This document shows, one piece after another, positions 42,752 through 54,812 of a stretch of DNA of 64,000 nucleotides (position 1 is its first letter; each line of letters opens with the position of its first letter). Origin of the DNA: Octopus vulgaris (taxonomy: Eukaryota); NCBI GenBank assembly GCA_951406725.2, contig OX597828.1, positions 46,562,001 to 46,626,000 on the forward strand, given 5' to 3'. Both the position numbers and the translations under genes were made by a program. The notes beneath the pieces are model-generated. The model had not been told where the DNA came from. It did no database searches and saw only the letters and a program-made list of their open reading frames with translations.

Positions 42752-43262
42752 TCTTATTAAAGTATTACTTGTATTGCTATTGTTTAGCCCGTGGTGTAAA
42801 TTGTAGGTTAGCCTCATGACAAACCCAACATCAAAGATATACCGCAAATTACAATCCTCTCTTTTTTTCCTATGTGCAAAAATAAAGAATCACATTATAG
42901 AACGCAGCTTATCTGTGAGTATGTGGTGAGATTTCTGGAACACTGAGCTGCAATAGTCGCTAATAAATGAGTCTGGCACAAAAGATAGAGCATCATGTCT
43001 AGACGTCTATGGTGTGCTCTCTTTGATATCAACGGTAAACAACCACTAAGGTTAATAACCGCATTTATCTTAATTAATTCAACGATAATATCTCAGTCAC
43101 CCATTGTAAATTGTCAACATTTTACCATCAATGCCAGTTATTGAATTTTTTGCAGTCATTAGTGCTTCAATCAACAATCGGACTCAAGAGTGAACACCAA
43201 ATATTTAGAAAGTAATCGATTATATATACCTTCATGTAAATCTGTGCTTATTTTCATATATA

Positions 43263-43430
43263 GGCGCAGGAGTGACTGTGTGGTAAGTGGCTTGTTTACC
43301 AACCACATGGTTCCGGGTTCAGTCCCACTGCGTGGCACCTTGGGGAAGTGTCTTCTACTATAGCCTCGGGCCGACCAAAGCCTTGTGAGTGGATTTGGTA
43401 GACAGAAACTGATAAGAAGCCCATCCCGTC

Positions 43431-43529
<99 letters not shown>

Positions 43530-43740
43530 TGTGTGTGTTTGTGTGTCTGTGTTTGTCCCCCTAGCATTGCTTGACAACCGATGCTGGTGTGCTTATGTCC
43601 CCGTTAATTAGCGGTTCGGCAAAAGAGACCGATAGAATAAGTACTAGGCTTACAAAAAATAAGTCCCGGGGTCGAGCTGCTCGATTAAAAGCGGTGCTCC
43701 AGCATAGCCGCAGTCAAATGACTGAAACAAGTAAAATAAT
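43263..43740 (+). mobile_element. Full-length SINE family A with an expanded internal (TA)n
   Basis: Complete head and tail. Confidence 0.92.
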
Positions 43741-43806
43741 AAAATATTTGTATATATATGTGCATACATACACACGTACAACCAGGCAGATATTATTGTG
43801 TGTGTA

Positions 43807-44021
43807 AGGCGGCGAGCTGGCAGAAACGTTAGCACGCCGGTCGATATGCTTATCGGTATTTCGTCTGTCTTTACGTTCTGAGTTCAAATTCCGCTGAGGT
43901 TTACTTTGCTTTTTATCCTTTCCGGGTCGATAAATTAAGCACCAGTTGTGTACAGTGGTCGATCCAATCGACTGGTTCCTTCACCAAAAATCTCGGGCCT
44001 TGTGCCTAGAGTAGAAAAGAT
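43807..44021 (+). mobile_element. SINE family C variant (different tail)
   Basis: Family C head and core, tail GGCCTTGTGCCTAGAGTAGAAAAG. Confidence 0.8.
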
Positions 44022-44040
44022 TATTATGTATAACTAGGTA

Positions 44041-44081
<41 letters not shown>

Positions 44082-44233
44082 ATGAGTGAAACGGTGTGTA
44101 TGGAAGGATGAGGTTTTTATGTAAATAACTCAGACAGAATGACTAGTACCATGAATGCGAATAACGAAAGCGAACAACGGCGTATTAAATAATATACAAT
44201 AAGAACAAAATCTCCATTTATTGAAATTGTCAA

Positions 44234-44296
44234 CTCTTCCTGAAGAGATTCAACGATCACTGAGTGACGGTCGTTAAAACTGCTACAGGAGAAAGG
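44234..44296 (+). ncRNA. Degenerate hammerhead-like motif
   Basis: CUCUUC-CUGAAGA-..AACGAUC/GGUCGUU-AAAAC-UGCUACAG-GA-GAAAAG. G12 and U16.1 mutated. Confidence 0.35.
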
Positions 44297-44485
44297 GGCA
44301 ACGATTTTAAGAATCAAGAATTTGTTCAACAATAACTTACGATAAAGGAGACAGTATGATTGCCTGGAAACTAGAGGGCAGGAGTCCTGGATGGATTTCT
44401 GCCTGTATAGACACTATCATCACAGCAGCAGTCCTAGATTATCTACAGCCCTGTACATGCATATGTACACGTACACTCGCATATA

Positions 44486-44522
<37 letters not shown>

Positions 44523-44530
44523 GGGGGGGG

Positions 44531-44778
44531 GTGATTGTGTATAGAAGAATATATTAATAAAAGGAATTCCAACCTTGTCTGATTTTCACGTTTTATTTAC
44601 AATCTTATAATGATATAAGATAATATAATATAATATAATAAAATAAAATAAAATAAAATAATAGAATGTTAAATGTTCATTCTGATTGAACTAGTACTTT
44701 CATGCATTTAATTCTGCAATCTTCAGGTTCATGTAGTAGTGGTGACAGTCATGCTTCCCAATTTTTGACTGTCACACG

Positions 44779-44826
<48 letters not shown>

Positions 44827-44827
44827 T

Positions 44828-44900
<73 letters not shown>

Positions 44901-45357
44901 CTATGTATATATGCATAATATATACATACAGGCATACAAAAGTAGACTTTGTATTTCATCCTTTTGGAGTCGATTAAATAAGTACTAGTTACGCACTGGG
45001 GTTCATGTAATCGATTTAATCCTTTTTGTCTGTCCTTGTTTGCCCCTTCTGTTTAGCCCCCTGTAAGCAATAAAGAAATAAATACATATGTGAGTATACA
45101 TATATACATATATATACAGTCAAAAATTGTGAAGCATGACTGTCAACACTACTACATGAACCCGAAGATTGCAGAATTCAATGCATGAAAGTACTAGTTC
45201 AATCAGAATGAATATTTAACATTCTACTATTTCATTTTATTTTATTCAATTATAATATATTATCTTATAATATATCATTATAAGATTGTAAATAAAACGT
45301 GAAAATCAGACAAGGTTGGAATTCTTTTTATTAATATATTCTTCTATACACAATCAC
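44531..45357. repeat. ~245-bp inverted repeat pair (44531-44775 / 45117-45357), each arm with a minimal HHR
   Basis: Arms are reverse complements with several mismatches. HHR at 44687-44731(-) is UGAAC-CUGAAGA-UUGCA..UGCAU-GAAAGUACUA^GUUCA; the copy at 45157-45201(+) has core CCGAAGA. Confidence 0.85.
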
Positions 45358-45378
45358 ACACACCCATATATATATATA

Positions 45379-45444
<66 letters not shown>

Positions 45445-45459
45445 CAGACAGACGCTCTC

Positions 45460-45701
45460 TGTGCTTAGCCTGCGAGATCCCCAGACCTCACCGTGTGTGA
45501 TTTTTTCTTGTGGAGATATGTAAAAGATCGCGATTATGTTCCAGCTGTGCTGCAGGTAGTGGCCACATTGAACACTTGTAAGAGAGAAATTAAAAGTTGA
45601 TGGTAAGTAAATACTTGTGACTTAGCTGGAGTTTTCCATTGCTATTCTTTATTAAAATTTTGCGTAATGAAAACGGTTCATTCTTTTTGAATAACCTTGT
45701 A
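45460..45701 (+). mobile_element. Tc1/mariner-superfamily 3' remnant
   Basis: PARSPDLTVCDFFLWRYVKD..GHIEHL*, with a TIR-like end ..TTGAATAACCTTG|TA. Confidence 0.75.
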
Positions 45702-46529
45702 TATTAACATAATCATTAAGATTTCTTTTATTCTTTTCTATTTTTCATTTACCCTATTTTACAGTATATTCATATATATCATTGACACACAGCTTCCAGC
45801 TTCTAACTTTCGTCACGTAGCACACATGTGACGAAAGGCCCGAACGGCGCGAACTTATCACTCTCACACTCGCATGTATACAAACAACGGCAATCAGTCG
45901 AAGGTCTGACTGATTACAAGATCAAAGAAACAGAGCCATGACGTAAAGTACGGCCCTGAAGGTCAAAATTGATGAAAACAATGACCCATAAATTTTCCTT
46001 AAAGTATGTGAAAATTCGAAAAGCCCCGTCGAACGAAATACATTGGGTTTACACTAAAACTTCCCTGGTGCATGTGTTATCAATTGTTTTTAATAATACA
46101 TATTAAGTTTGATTTCATTTCATTAATCCTGTTAATTTGTTGGCTTGATTAATCCTTCAATTAACAAATAATTTCGCTTAATTCAAAAAACGAAATTACG
46201 TCAGAGAAGCCAACTTTTAAGCTGAAAGACTCAGCTCATGTTTTGATTAATAATTATATTCATAAACTTTAGATTGCTTGCAGTGAACAAAGCCGATATC
46301 TGATGTATGTATGTGTATGTATCTATATATGTATCTATTTATGTTGATGTACGTATGAATTTAAGTATGTATGTGCATGTAATTTACAAAATAATCATTC
46401 GTTATACATATTTTAATATATATGTATGTGTGTGCGCGTGTATATGTATGTACGTATGCATGTATATACGTGCGTGTATATATAAGTGTGTGTATGCATA
46501 TGCCTACACACACACACATATATATATAC

Positions 46530-46614
<85 letters not shown>

Positions 46615-47379
46615 TATATACATATATACACATACATGCACACAAGCATATAGAAATACACACACAAGCACACAAAACGAGTTTGCTTTTTGGTTAGTTA
46701 GTTTGATGTGCAGAATGAGGAGGAGAAAGATGCGGAAGCAGGAGGGGCAGTGCAGCATGACCTTTCCAGGCCCTCCATCTCGTCACAGAAAATCTGGCTA
46801 TTGATGTTAAATTTGAACTTGCGTCAATCGACATCTGTAGAAAAAGTTTGGGCGCGTGGGAATTCCATACAGCTGCTGCCTCTGGGGAGCCAGACAGGGT
46901 TAATACTCTTACATGTGTTGAGAAATGTGTGTGCTTATGTGCAGGTTCGATTTCAGGTGCGGGCAGTTTGATGCGTCCTTGAACAAGCTGATTCATGCCG
47001 TGATACAGATCCTCTTATTCAATATGTGTATCTGCATCACCACTTGTGTATCAACAATCCGATAAACTCTTGTTCAGTTCAGGGACCTGAGATATGTACT
47101 TCAGTCGCTTATGCAACATGGAAAACTAGAGGTCGGAAAAAACCAGCCAAATCAGTCTATAGAATGGAGATAGAGTCTATATCTTATATACATACATGGT
47201 GGCTGCCCCCTCGTTATCGAGTATGGCTATTGCACGAAGCTTAATCAATGTTGTTATCGTGCAATGCATGTGCAAGAAGATTTTTTTTAAAGTGAGGAAA
47301 GGCTGTGCACTGAGTCAATCCCACTCACTAAGCAACAGCAGCCATAATCCGAAAAGAAGTACAAGTCAGCATCATCGGT

Positions 47380-47685
47380 AAGGTTTTATGTCGGAGTTAT
47401 CCCAGTTACCGGAGTTACCTTCTCCTAGAAGGATGCCCTAACAAAGGCTAGGAGTCCTTCAATCCCAATGGTTTATCTGGGCGATCGGATATTTAGTCCG
47501 ATTATTTCTATGTCCCCGTGCATGATACAGCCTTAAGACATTTATTGGATGGCCATTGACTCTCAAGAGTTCCTCCACCCTTTAACGGGTTTTGTTTTTC
47601 ATCCCGCAGGGTGTCCAATAGACACCCTCCTCACCAAGCAAGCTTGGTGGGGTTGCCAGTTTAGTCACCGACGACCCGACCATGC
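47380..47685 (-). mobile_element. Probable RTE-type LINE 5' UTR fragment
   Basis: Structured GC-rich segment with CTAGGAGAAGGTAACTC..AAAACC, recalled as RTE 5'-UTR-like. No ORF support. Confidence 0.4.
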
Positions 47686-47710
47686 ATGCATACATACATA
47701 CATACATAAA

Positions 47711-47741
<31 letters not shown>

Positions 47742-48329
47742 GCTGAACTATTGAAGAATCTATAACTACTCTATGCAGATTACAAGTTCAAGTTTACTCT
47801 TTTACTGTTTCAGTCATTTGACTGTCGCCATGCTGGAGCACCGCCTTTATTCGAGCAATTCGACCTCAGGACTTATTCTTTGTAAGCCTAGTAATTATTC
47901 TATCGGTCTCTTTTGCCGAACCGCTAATTCAGGCAGTAGAATTAACATACTGTATTGTAAGTATGTTCATCGGTTTAACAAAGAATATCTTTAAAACGAG
48001 ATAAACGTAGGAAACTTGTTCGTTTATGTCCAGAAATAAGAGTATAGCGCCACATCAATGTCGAACTAATAGGAGCTCAGGAAAACATGAAGAATCATCT
48101 GCATGACAAATTGGAATATTTCTGCAAAGCAAAAGCATATACAATAGCCGTACATGTCACTATAAACAAAAGAGTTCGAAATTTTAAATCTGTCTTTCTA
48201 TGCCTAGGACAGGAGGGCAGAGGCCTTCTCATCATGCCCCCACGTTAATCGATATGTATTACGCCATCAAACATATTCCCCTATGAATGTATATTGATAC
48301 CAAGCTGGCAGGAACTAAAACAGAATTTC

Positions 48330-48900
48330 AAAACATCGGACTGTTAAAATTAAGTCCCATTGCAAGGTGTTATTATGTGCACTATGTGACGAAAGGACTG
48401 AGCTGACAAACAGCATAGTAAAGAGAACTGTCACCTACAAGACAATGAGAATCGCGACAAGAAAAATAGAGGTTGCATCTGTGGAGGAAATAGAACAAGT
48501 ATTAGAGAACATGAAAAAGCTGATAGTCTTTAGAACGAGGGGAAGAAAGCAAGTCACGGTGGATGTACGCTTCACGTCGGAAGAGGAGGCAATTAAGCAT
48601 GCAACGGAGGCAATACGCCCAGAGGAATGGATACTTTTGCCGTCGTATTGTATTCAGGACAAGTACCCCCTGAACTGGAAGAGGCATGACTCATGACAAC
48701 CATAATGTATAACATGCAGGACGGGCCAAGATAGTAAAGGCCACAAGAACCAATAAACTTGACTATTGGGGCTATGGGATAGAACTTACTATCCAAGCAA
48801 CTGTGGAAGATCTAAATAAGATTGTTGAAGATATAGTGCTGCCTGGCGGCTTTGCACTGAGAACTAAAGTGGAAGGCAGGCCGCCTGTATGCTTTGGATA
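48330..48900 (+). mobile_element. Decayed LINE ORF1 (gag-like, Tx1/L1 type)
   Basis: RGRKQVTVDVRFTSEEEAIK..LLPSY (RRM-like) and LRTKVEGRPPVCF, the motif that normally precedes a zinc knuckle. Confidence 0.5.
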
Positions 48901-49241
48901 AAATATCGTGCAGAGGAAGAACATCCACGAAATAAAAATCTGAGTAACTATCTCATGTAAAACTCATCGAGACATTCAGATAGCACCTTGCTTGCATTTC
49001 TTGCATCTGTTTTGTTCCAGAGATTTCTCAGAGACTCAATTGGTGTTTTTCCCTAATACTAAAAATAAGTTTCATGAACGAACGTATTTCAGTGGAAAAT
49101 AGTAGTACACAACACACAGAAACGTACAACGATACAAACACACAGAGAAACATATGTACATGCGTGTAGACATATATACATACATGTATATATATATATA
49201 TTTATATATATGTATGCATAGATATTCAGAGAGAGAGAAAC

Positions 49242-49331
<90 letters not shown>

Positions 49332-50308
49332 CTACATTTTTAACTCCATATATAAATATATACTTATATATATATATATGTGCACACACATATACATATA
49401 TATATACTTATATCTAGATCTATATATGCACACACACACACAAACAAACATATGTGTGTGTGTGTATGCATATGTATAAATATATATATATATACATACA
49501 TATACATACTGCTACACATATGTGTATACATAGTTATATGTGTATATGTGAGTACGTGTTCATGAATATAGATTACGACTGATGTTTTGTTATTCTTTTT
49601 GGTTTACATGTTTTTCTTATTCTTTCTTCAACGAAACCAATTTCTCAAACAACAGATTTTATTGTATTTTGTACTGTTTTGTTTCTTTTCGTTTGTTTAA
49701 TTGTCTTGTTTGTTTTGTCTTGTTTTTTTTGTTTTTTTGTTTTTCTTGCTTTCGCGGGGACGGTTAAGATTTGTTGGTGGCGAGGGTGTTGCTTACATTT
49801 ATTTTATTTCATATTCAATGTGATATCTATTCTAGATTGTTTACTGTGGTCTACTAGTTGACCCAGTCTACATATTAATAACAAGATGTCTATAGATAGA
49901 CTGGGACAACATTAACCCAGTAACATGTGAAATGAATTGTGCTGACACTAGTTAACAGCTTGAGTTAAAACAAAACAAAATACACACTCAACACGAGTTT
50001 AGTGTCTCACTCGATCCATAAGTAATATTTCTGCATTTTTTAAGCAATGTTTATTGGTGTACGGTTTTTAATGTAACAGCCTGAATGAAAGAAAGGATCG
50101 TCATCTCGATATCTCGAGTGAAATCTTTTATTTAAACTTGAGTGCGATAAACAGTATTTACGAAAATTACATTATTTTGTGTAATCTCTGACTGAAGTAT
50201 AATAACATTGAATAAAGAGTTTTTTCGTAAATCTCTATACGAATGTCTTTAACAATAATTTGCATAATTGCGTGATTGACACGAAAACGTCATCTCAAGT
50301 TAGGTGAC

Positions 50309-50357
<49 letters not shown>

Positions 50358-50359
<2 letters not shown>

Positions 50360-50770
50360 TCTTTTACTCTTTTACTTGTTTCAGTCATTTGACTGCGGCC
50401 ATGCTGGAGCACCGCCTTTAATCGAGCAACTCGACCCCGAGACTTATTCTTTTTTTTTGTAAGCCCAGTACTTATTTTATCGGTCTCTTTTGCCGAACCG
50501 CTAAGTAACGGGGACATAAACACACCAGCATCGGTTGTCAAGCAATGCTAGGGGGACAAATACAGACACACAAACACACACACGCATATATATATATATA
50601 CATATATACGACGGGCTTCTTTCAGTTTCCGTCTACCAAATCCACTCACAAGGCTTTGGTCGGCCCGAGGCTATAGTAGAAGACACTTGCCCAAGGTGCC
50701 ACGCAGTGGGACTGAACCCGGAACCATGTGGTTGGTAAACAAGCTACTTACCACACAGCCACTCCTGCGC
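50358..50770 (-). mobile_element. Full-length SINE family A
   Basis: Complete head and tail. Confidence 0.92.
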
Positions 50771-51037
50771 ATATATATATATATATATATAATTAATCAA
50801 TATAGGGTGGCAAAATAAAAATTTGTAGAATTCTTTTGCCACCAGCGGCCTAGTGGGAAAAAATTAAATAGTCATAAACCAGTTTTAAGTTCAACATCAC
50901 AATCAAGGAACGGCCATAATAGGCCATTCACCCACTAGAAATAACAGCCAAAAGCTTTAACCGCAAAATAACGTCAATTCCGTAAACCAGGAGAAAATTA
51001 AAAAACCAGGAGAAAATTAAAAAACATTTACCCTGTA

Positions 51038-51144
51038 ATTTCTTAGACGATGCACCGTTTCATCTACTGTTTAATGGAAAACTAACCTGATTAAATTAAA
51101 TCAAGCCAATCTACCATAGGCCCTTAGATTCATCAGTAAGAAAT
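51038..51144 (-). ncRNA. Type-I hammerhead ribozyme (unit 1)
   Basis: AUUUCUUA-CUGAUGA-AUCUA-[long hairpin]-UAGAU-GAAAC-GGUGCAUC-GUC^UAAGAAAU. 8-bp stem I. Cleavage predicted between 51046 and 51045. Confidence 0.92.
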
Positions 51145-51528
51145 AGCCAAGCCGGAACAGATATTTTTCACGAGGCATTCTCGTTGCTACCTCGTCAATA
51201 TCTGACCTAAAATTTTCAAATCGTCGCACTCGCGCCAAATTTATCGGCAGCAAATAAATATAAGCCGCCGATTCCATTACGGAATTAACCAGAAAATTCA
51301 TAATTAATCAATATAGGGTGGCAAAAAAAAATTTTGTAGAATTCTTTTGCCACCAGCGGCCTAGTGGGAAAAAATTAAATAGTCATAAACCATTTTAAGT
51401 TCAACATCACAATCAAGGAACGGCCATAATAGGCCATTCACCCACTAGAAATAACAGCCAAAAGCTTTAACCGCAAAATAACGTCAATTCCGTAAACCAG
51501 GAGAAAATTAAAAAACATTTACCCTGTA

Positions 51529-51635
51529 ATTTCTTAGACGATGCACCGTTTCATCTACTGTTTAATGGAAAACTAACCTGATTAAATTAAATCAAGCCAA
51601 TCTACCATAGGCCCTTAGATTCATCAGTAAGAAAT
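51529..51635 (-). ncRNA. Type-I hammerhead ribozyme (unit 2)
   Basis: Identical to unit 1. Confidence 0.92.
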
Positions 51636-52020
51636 AGCCAAGCCGGAACAGATATTTTTCACGAGGCATTCTCGTTGCTACCTCGTCAATATCTGACCTA
51701 AAATTTTCAAATCGTCGCACTCGCGCCAAATTTATCGGCAGCAAATAAATATAAGCCGCCGATTCCATTACGGAATTAACCAGAAAATTCATAATTAATC
51801 AATATAGGGTGGCAAAAAAAAATTTTGTAGAATTCTTTTGCCACCAGCGGCCTAGTGGGAAAAAATTAAATAGTCATAAACCATTTTTAAGTTCAACATC
51901 ACAATCAAGGAACGGCCATAATAGGCCATTCACCCACTAGAAATAACAGCCAAAAGCTTTAACCGCAAAATAACGTCAATTCCGTAAACCAGGAGAAAAT
52001 TAAAAAACATTTACCCTGTA

Positions 52021-52127
52021 ATTTCTTAGACGATGCACCGTTTCATCTACTGTTTAATGGAAAACTAACCTGATTAAATTAAATCAAGCCAATCTACCAT
52101 AGGCCCTTAGATTCATCAGTAAGAAAT
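52021..52127 (-). ncRNA. Type-I hammerhead ribozyme (unit 3)
   Basis: Identical to unit 1. Confidence 0.92.
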
Positions 52128-52246
52128 AGCCAAGCCGGAACAGATATTTTTCACGAGGCATTCTCGTTGCTACCTCGTCAATATCTGACCTAAAATTTTC
52201 AAATCGTCGCACTCGCGCCAAATTTATCGGCAGCAAATAAATGATT

Positions 52247-52291
<45 letters not shown>

Positions 52292-52479
52292 TCAAATATG
52301 TTCATCGGTTTAACCAAGAATATCTTTAAAACGAGATAAACGTAGGAAACTTGTTCGTTTATGTCCAGAAATAAGTATAGCGCCACATCAATGTCGAACT
52401 AATAGGAGCTCAGGAAAACACGAAGAAGCATCTGCATGACAAATTGGAATAGTTCTGCAAAGCAATATACTTTCCAATC

Positions 52480-52678
52480 GAAGTCGGCAGTTTTGCGGGG
52501 AAGAGGTAAGTCGATTACATCGACCCCAGTACTCGATTGGAACTTATTTTATCGACCCCGAAATGATGAAAAGCAAAGTCGATCTTGGGAGAATTTGAAC
52601 TCAGAACGTGAAGCCAGACAAAAATACCGCTAGGCATTTCACCCGGCGTGCTAACGATTCTGCCAGCTCGCCGCCTTT
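52480..52678 (-). mobile_element. SINE family C variant
   Basis: Head and core domain. Confidence 0.8.
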
Positions 52679-52758
52679 CATGGCCTATATACGTATTGGG
52701 AAATTGGTCTACTGGCGGACTGCTCCAGGCACGTTCTACATGTATAGAAAGAATGCAG

Positions 52759-52793
<35 letters not shown>

Positions 52794-52916
52794 ATAAACA
52801 GAGACAAAGGAATATAACATAAGAGGTGTATCTTCTTTTACTTGTTTCAGTCACTAGACTGTGGTTAGGCTGAGACACCGCCTTGAAGAACTGTTGGTTG
52901 AACGTGGTACTTATTC

Positions 52917-53300
52917 GGATGTAGAGGGTTCGTTGGACACAGCGTGAGACGACTGTTGTTATCGCTAAGCCTAACTCATCGTAAAGTCAATACCACCATG
53001 ACCGATATCCAATCTACAGTGGAGAAGGCTAGCCACTGGGTTTTGGTTAAAAAGAGACGATGAGCGATGGCTAGAAGGATATTGAGCGTAATTTGATAAC
53101 AGCTGATCTAGCAAGCGGGGCCTCATATCAGTGAGGGGGGCTGGTGCGCATTGATGCCGTCGAGAGGTAGGCCACGAAACAGCGCGCATTCTCTGCTGAT
53201 GACCCCATACACTTGCTGGCTTCCGGTATATGGAGCTTTTGACTGGAAGCACTTGCATGTGCAAGTTGAATGCAAGACATACTCACGTTTGAGGATGACT
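52917..53300 (+). mobile_element. HERO-clade non-LTR retrotransposon 3' end
   Basis: GCRGFVGHSVRRLLLSL...VEKASHW/WLKRDDERW*, matching the recalled HERO C-terminal EVGCRGF...AEKAS.WLW.KR motif, then a GC-rich UTR. Confidence 0.7.
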
Positions 53301-54812
53301 CTAACAAGCGAAATTTATAGAAGTTACAAGTTACTAACTATATAAAGATCCTCCCGAGTGAAGTCTTGTACATTTTGCGTCTGCAAAATGGGAAGATTTC
53401 TATAGTTACAAAATATTGTTACGAAAGATATTTGTCACTAGATGAAGTATGTTACTCAGTCTTTACGACTATTTCTGACAAGGATCCGGCAGACAAAGGA
53501 ATTTCTTTTCGACTAATTTCTTTAAATTTTTGAAAAAAAAAATAGCTTCTAGTAAGATAAATATATTTAAATTACAATGCAAGATATACTGCTCTCATCA
53601 AATCTCGAATAAATGGGTGCTTTGAAGAATAATCGAAAATATTTACAACAGATTTGTAAGCTCTATAAGTATATATGTATACATAGGTAAGATACTCTAC
53701 TTAAGGTATTCAAATTGCGAATACAAAAGTGTGTGTGTGTGTGTGTGTATGTATACGTGTGCGTGTGTTTGTGTTTCGGGGTACACAATTTGAATCAACA
53801 CAGACCGGTTGTCACAGTTAATATATATCAAAACAGCTAGGTATTTATGTATGTACGTGTGTATCAATCTGTGTAGCTATTTATTTTTTAATTTATCCAG
53901 TTATCTACTGGATGTCATGGCCTTGGACATATTACAAGTACATATATATATACTTGTATACATATACAGCTATACATATACATCCATATACTTACAATAG
54001 AGTGATATTTTTATTTCACCTTTAACATTTAATACTGAAATAGTGAAGATATGATATTGCTGTGGGCCCGCCCTAGGCAAGACGTTAAACATTTTTTTGC
54101 CCATGACACTACATGGACCCTAAGTAAAGCATGTGTAAAATGTGTATGAAATTGGTTCTGTAGCTCTCATGTTTTAGGGTTTCACACAGACAGACAGACA
54201 GACACACACACATTTCATGCCAAGTCACCACACAGTGGGACTGAACCCAGGACCATGTGTTTTGGAACGAAGTTTGTTACTACACAGCCACACCTGCACC
54301 TATGTGTGTGTGTGTGTGTGTGTGTATGTGTGTATGGGTATATATATGTATGCATGTATATATGTGAATATATGCGTACATATTACATGTACATCTATAT
54401 ATATATACATCTACACATATACATGTATACATATACAACTATATGTATAGAAATAAATGTATACATATACAGCTATACACACATACGCACGCACACACAC
54501 ACACATACACACACATACATAGCTGCAGGTGTGGCTCTGTGGTAACAAACTTCGTTCCAAAACATATGGTCCTGTGTTTAAATTTAAAATAATAAGGGTG
54601 AGTAATTCAATATTAATTTGATTAATATGAATTGAAAACCAGTGGTGTAGCATATAAGATCATAGCGGATCTTCTTCTAGCGAAATGGATGTCCACTGTT
54701 AATGGTTCATCCCTCTTATATAATAGTTTGACTTTAATAGTTTCAGTATTAAAGTGAAAGTATCTGACATTACAATAGAGATATGTTTTTGTTTCACTTT
54801 TAACACGTAATA

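Larger units (their letters stand above)
50790..52251 (-). mobile_element. Tandem array (~2.9 x 491 bp) of a hammerhead-containing retrozyme-like element in (TA)n
   Basis: Units start at 50790, 51301 and 51792. They are near-identical except for homopolymer lengths and a 20-bp duplication at ~51001-51020. One HHR per unit. Confidence 0.93.

Noticed and set aside
46705-46910. GC-richer stretch resembling an exon
   Set aside because: No convincing splice pair or homology.
50790-52251. CRISPR or plain satellite interpretation of the tandem array
   Set aside because: Eukaryotic context, no spacers, and the ribozyme plus a dispersed truncated copy fit a retro-mobile RNA better.
53140-53210. GAAAC and CTGATGA words in the HERO 3' UTR
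   Set aside because: Could not be folded into a hammerhead with proper stems and an NUH site.
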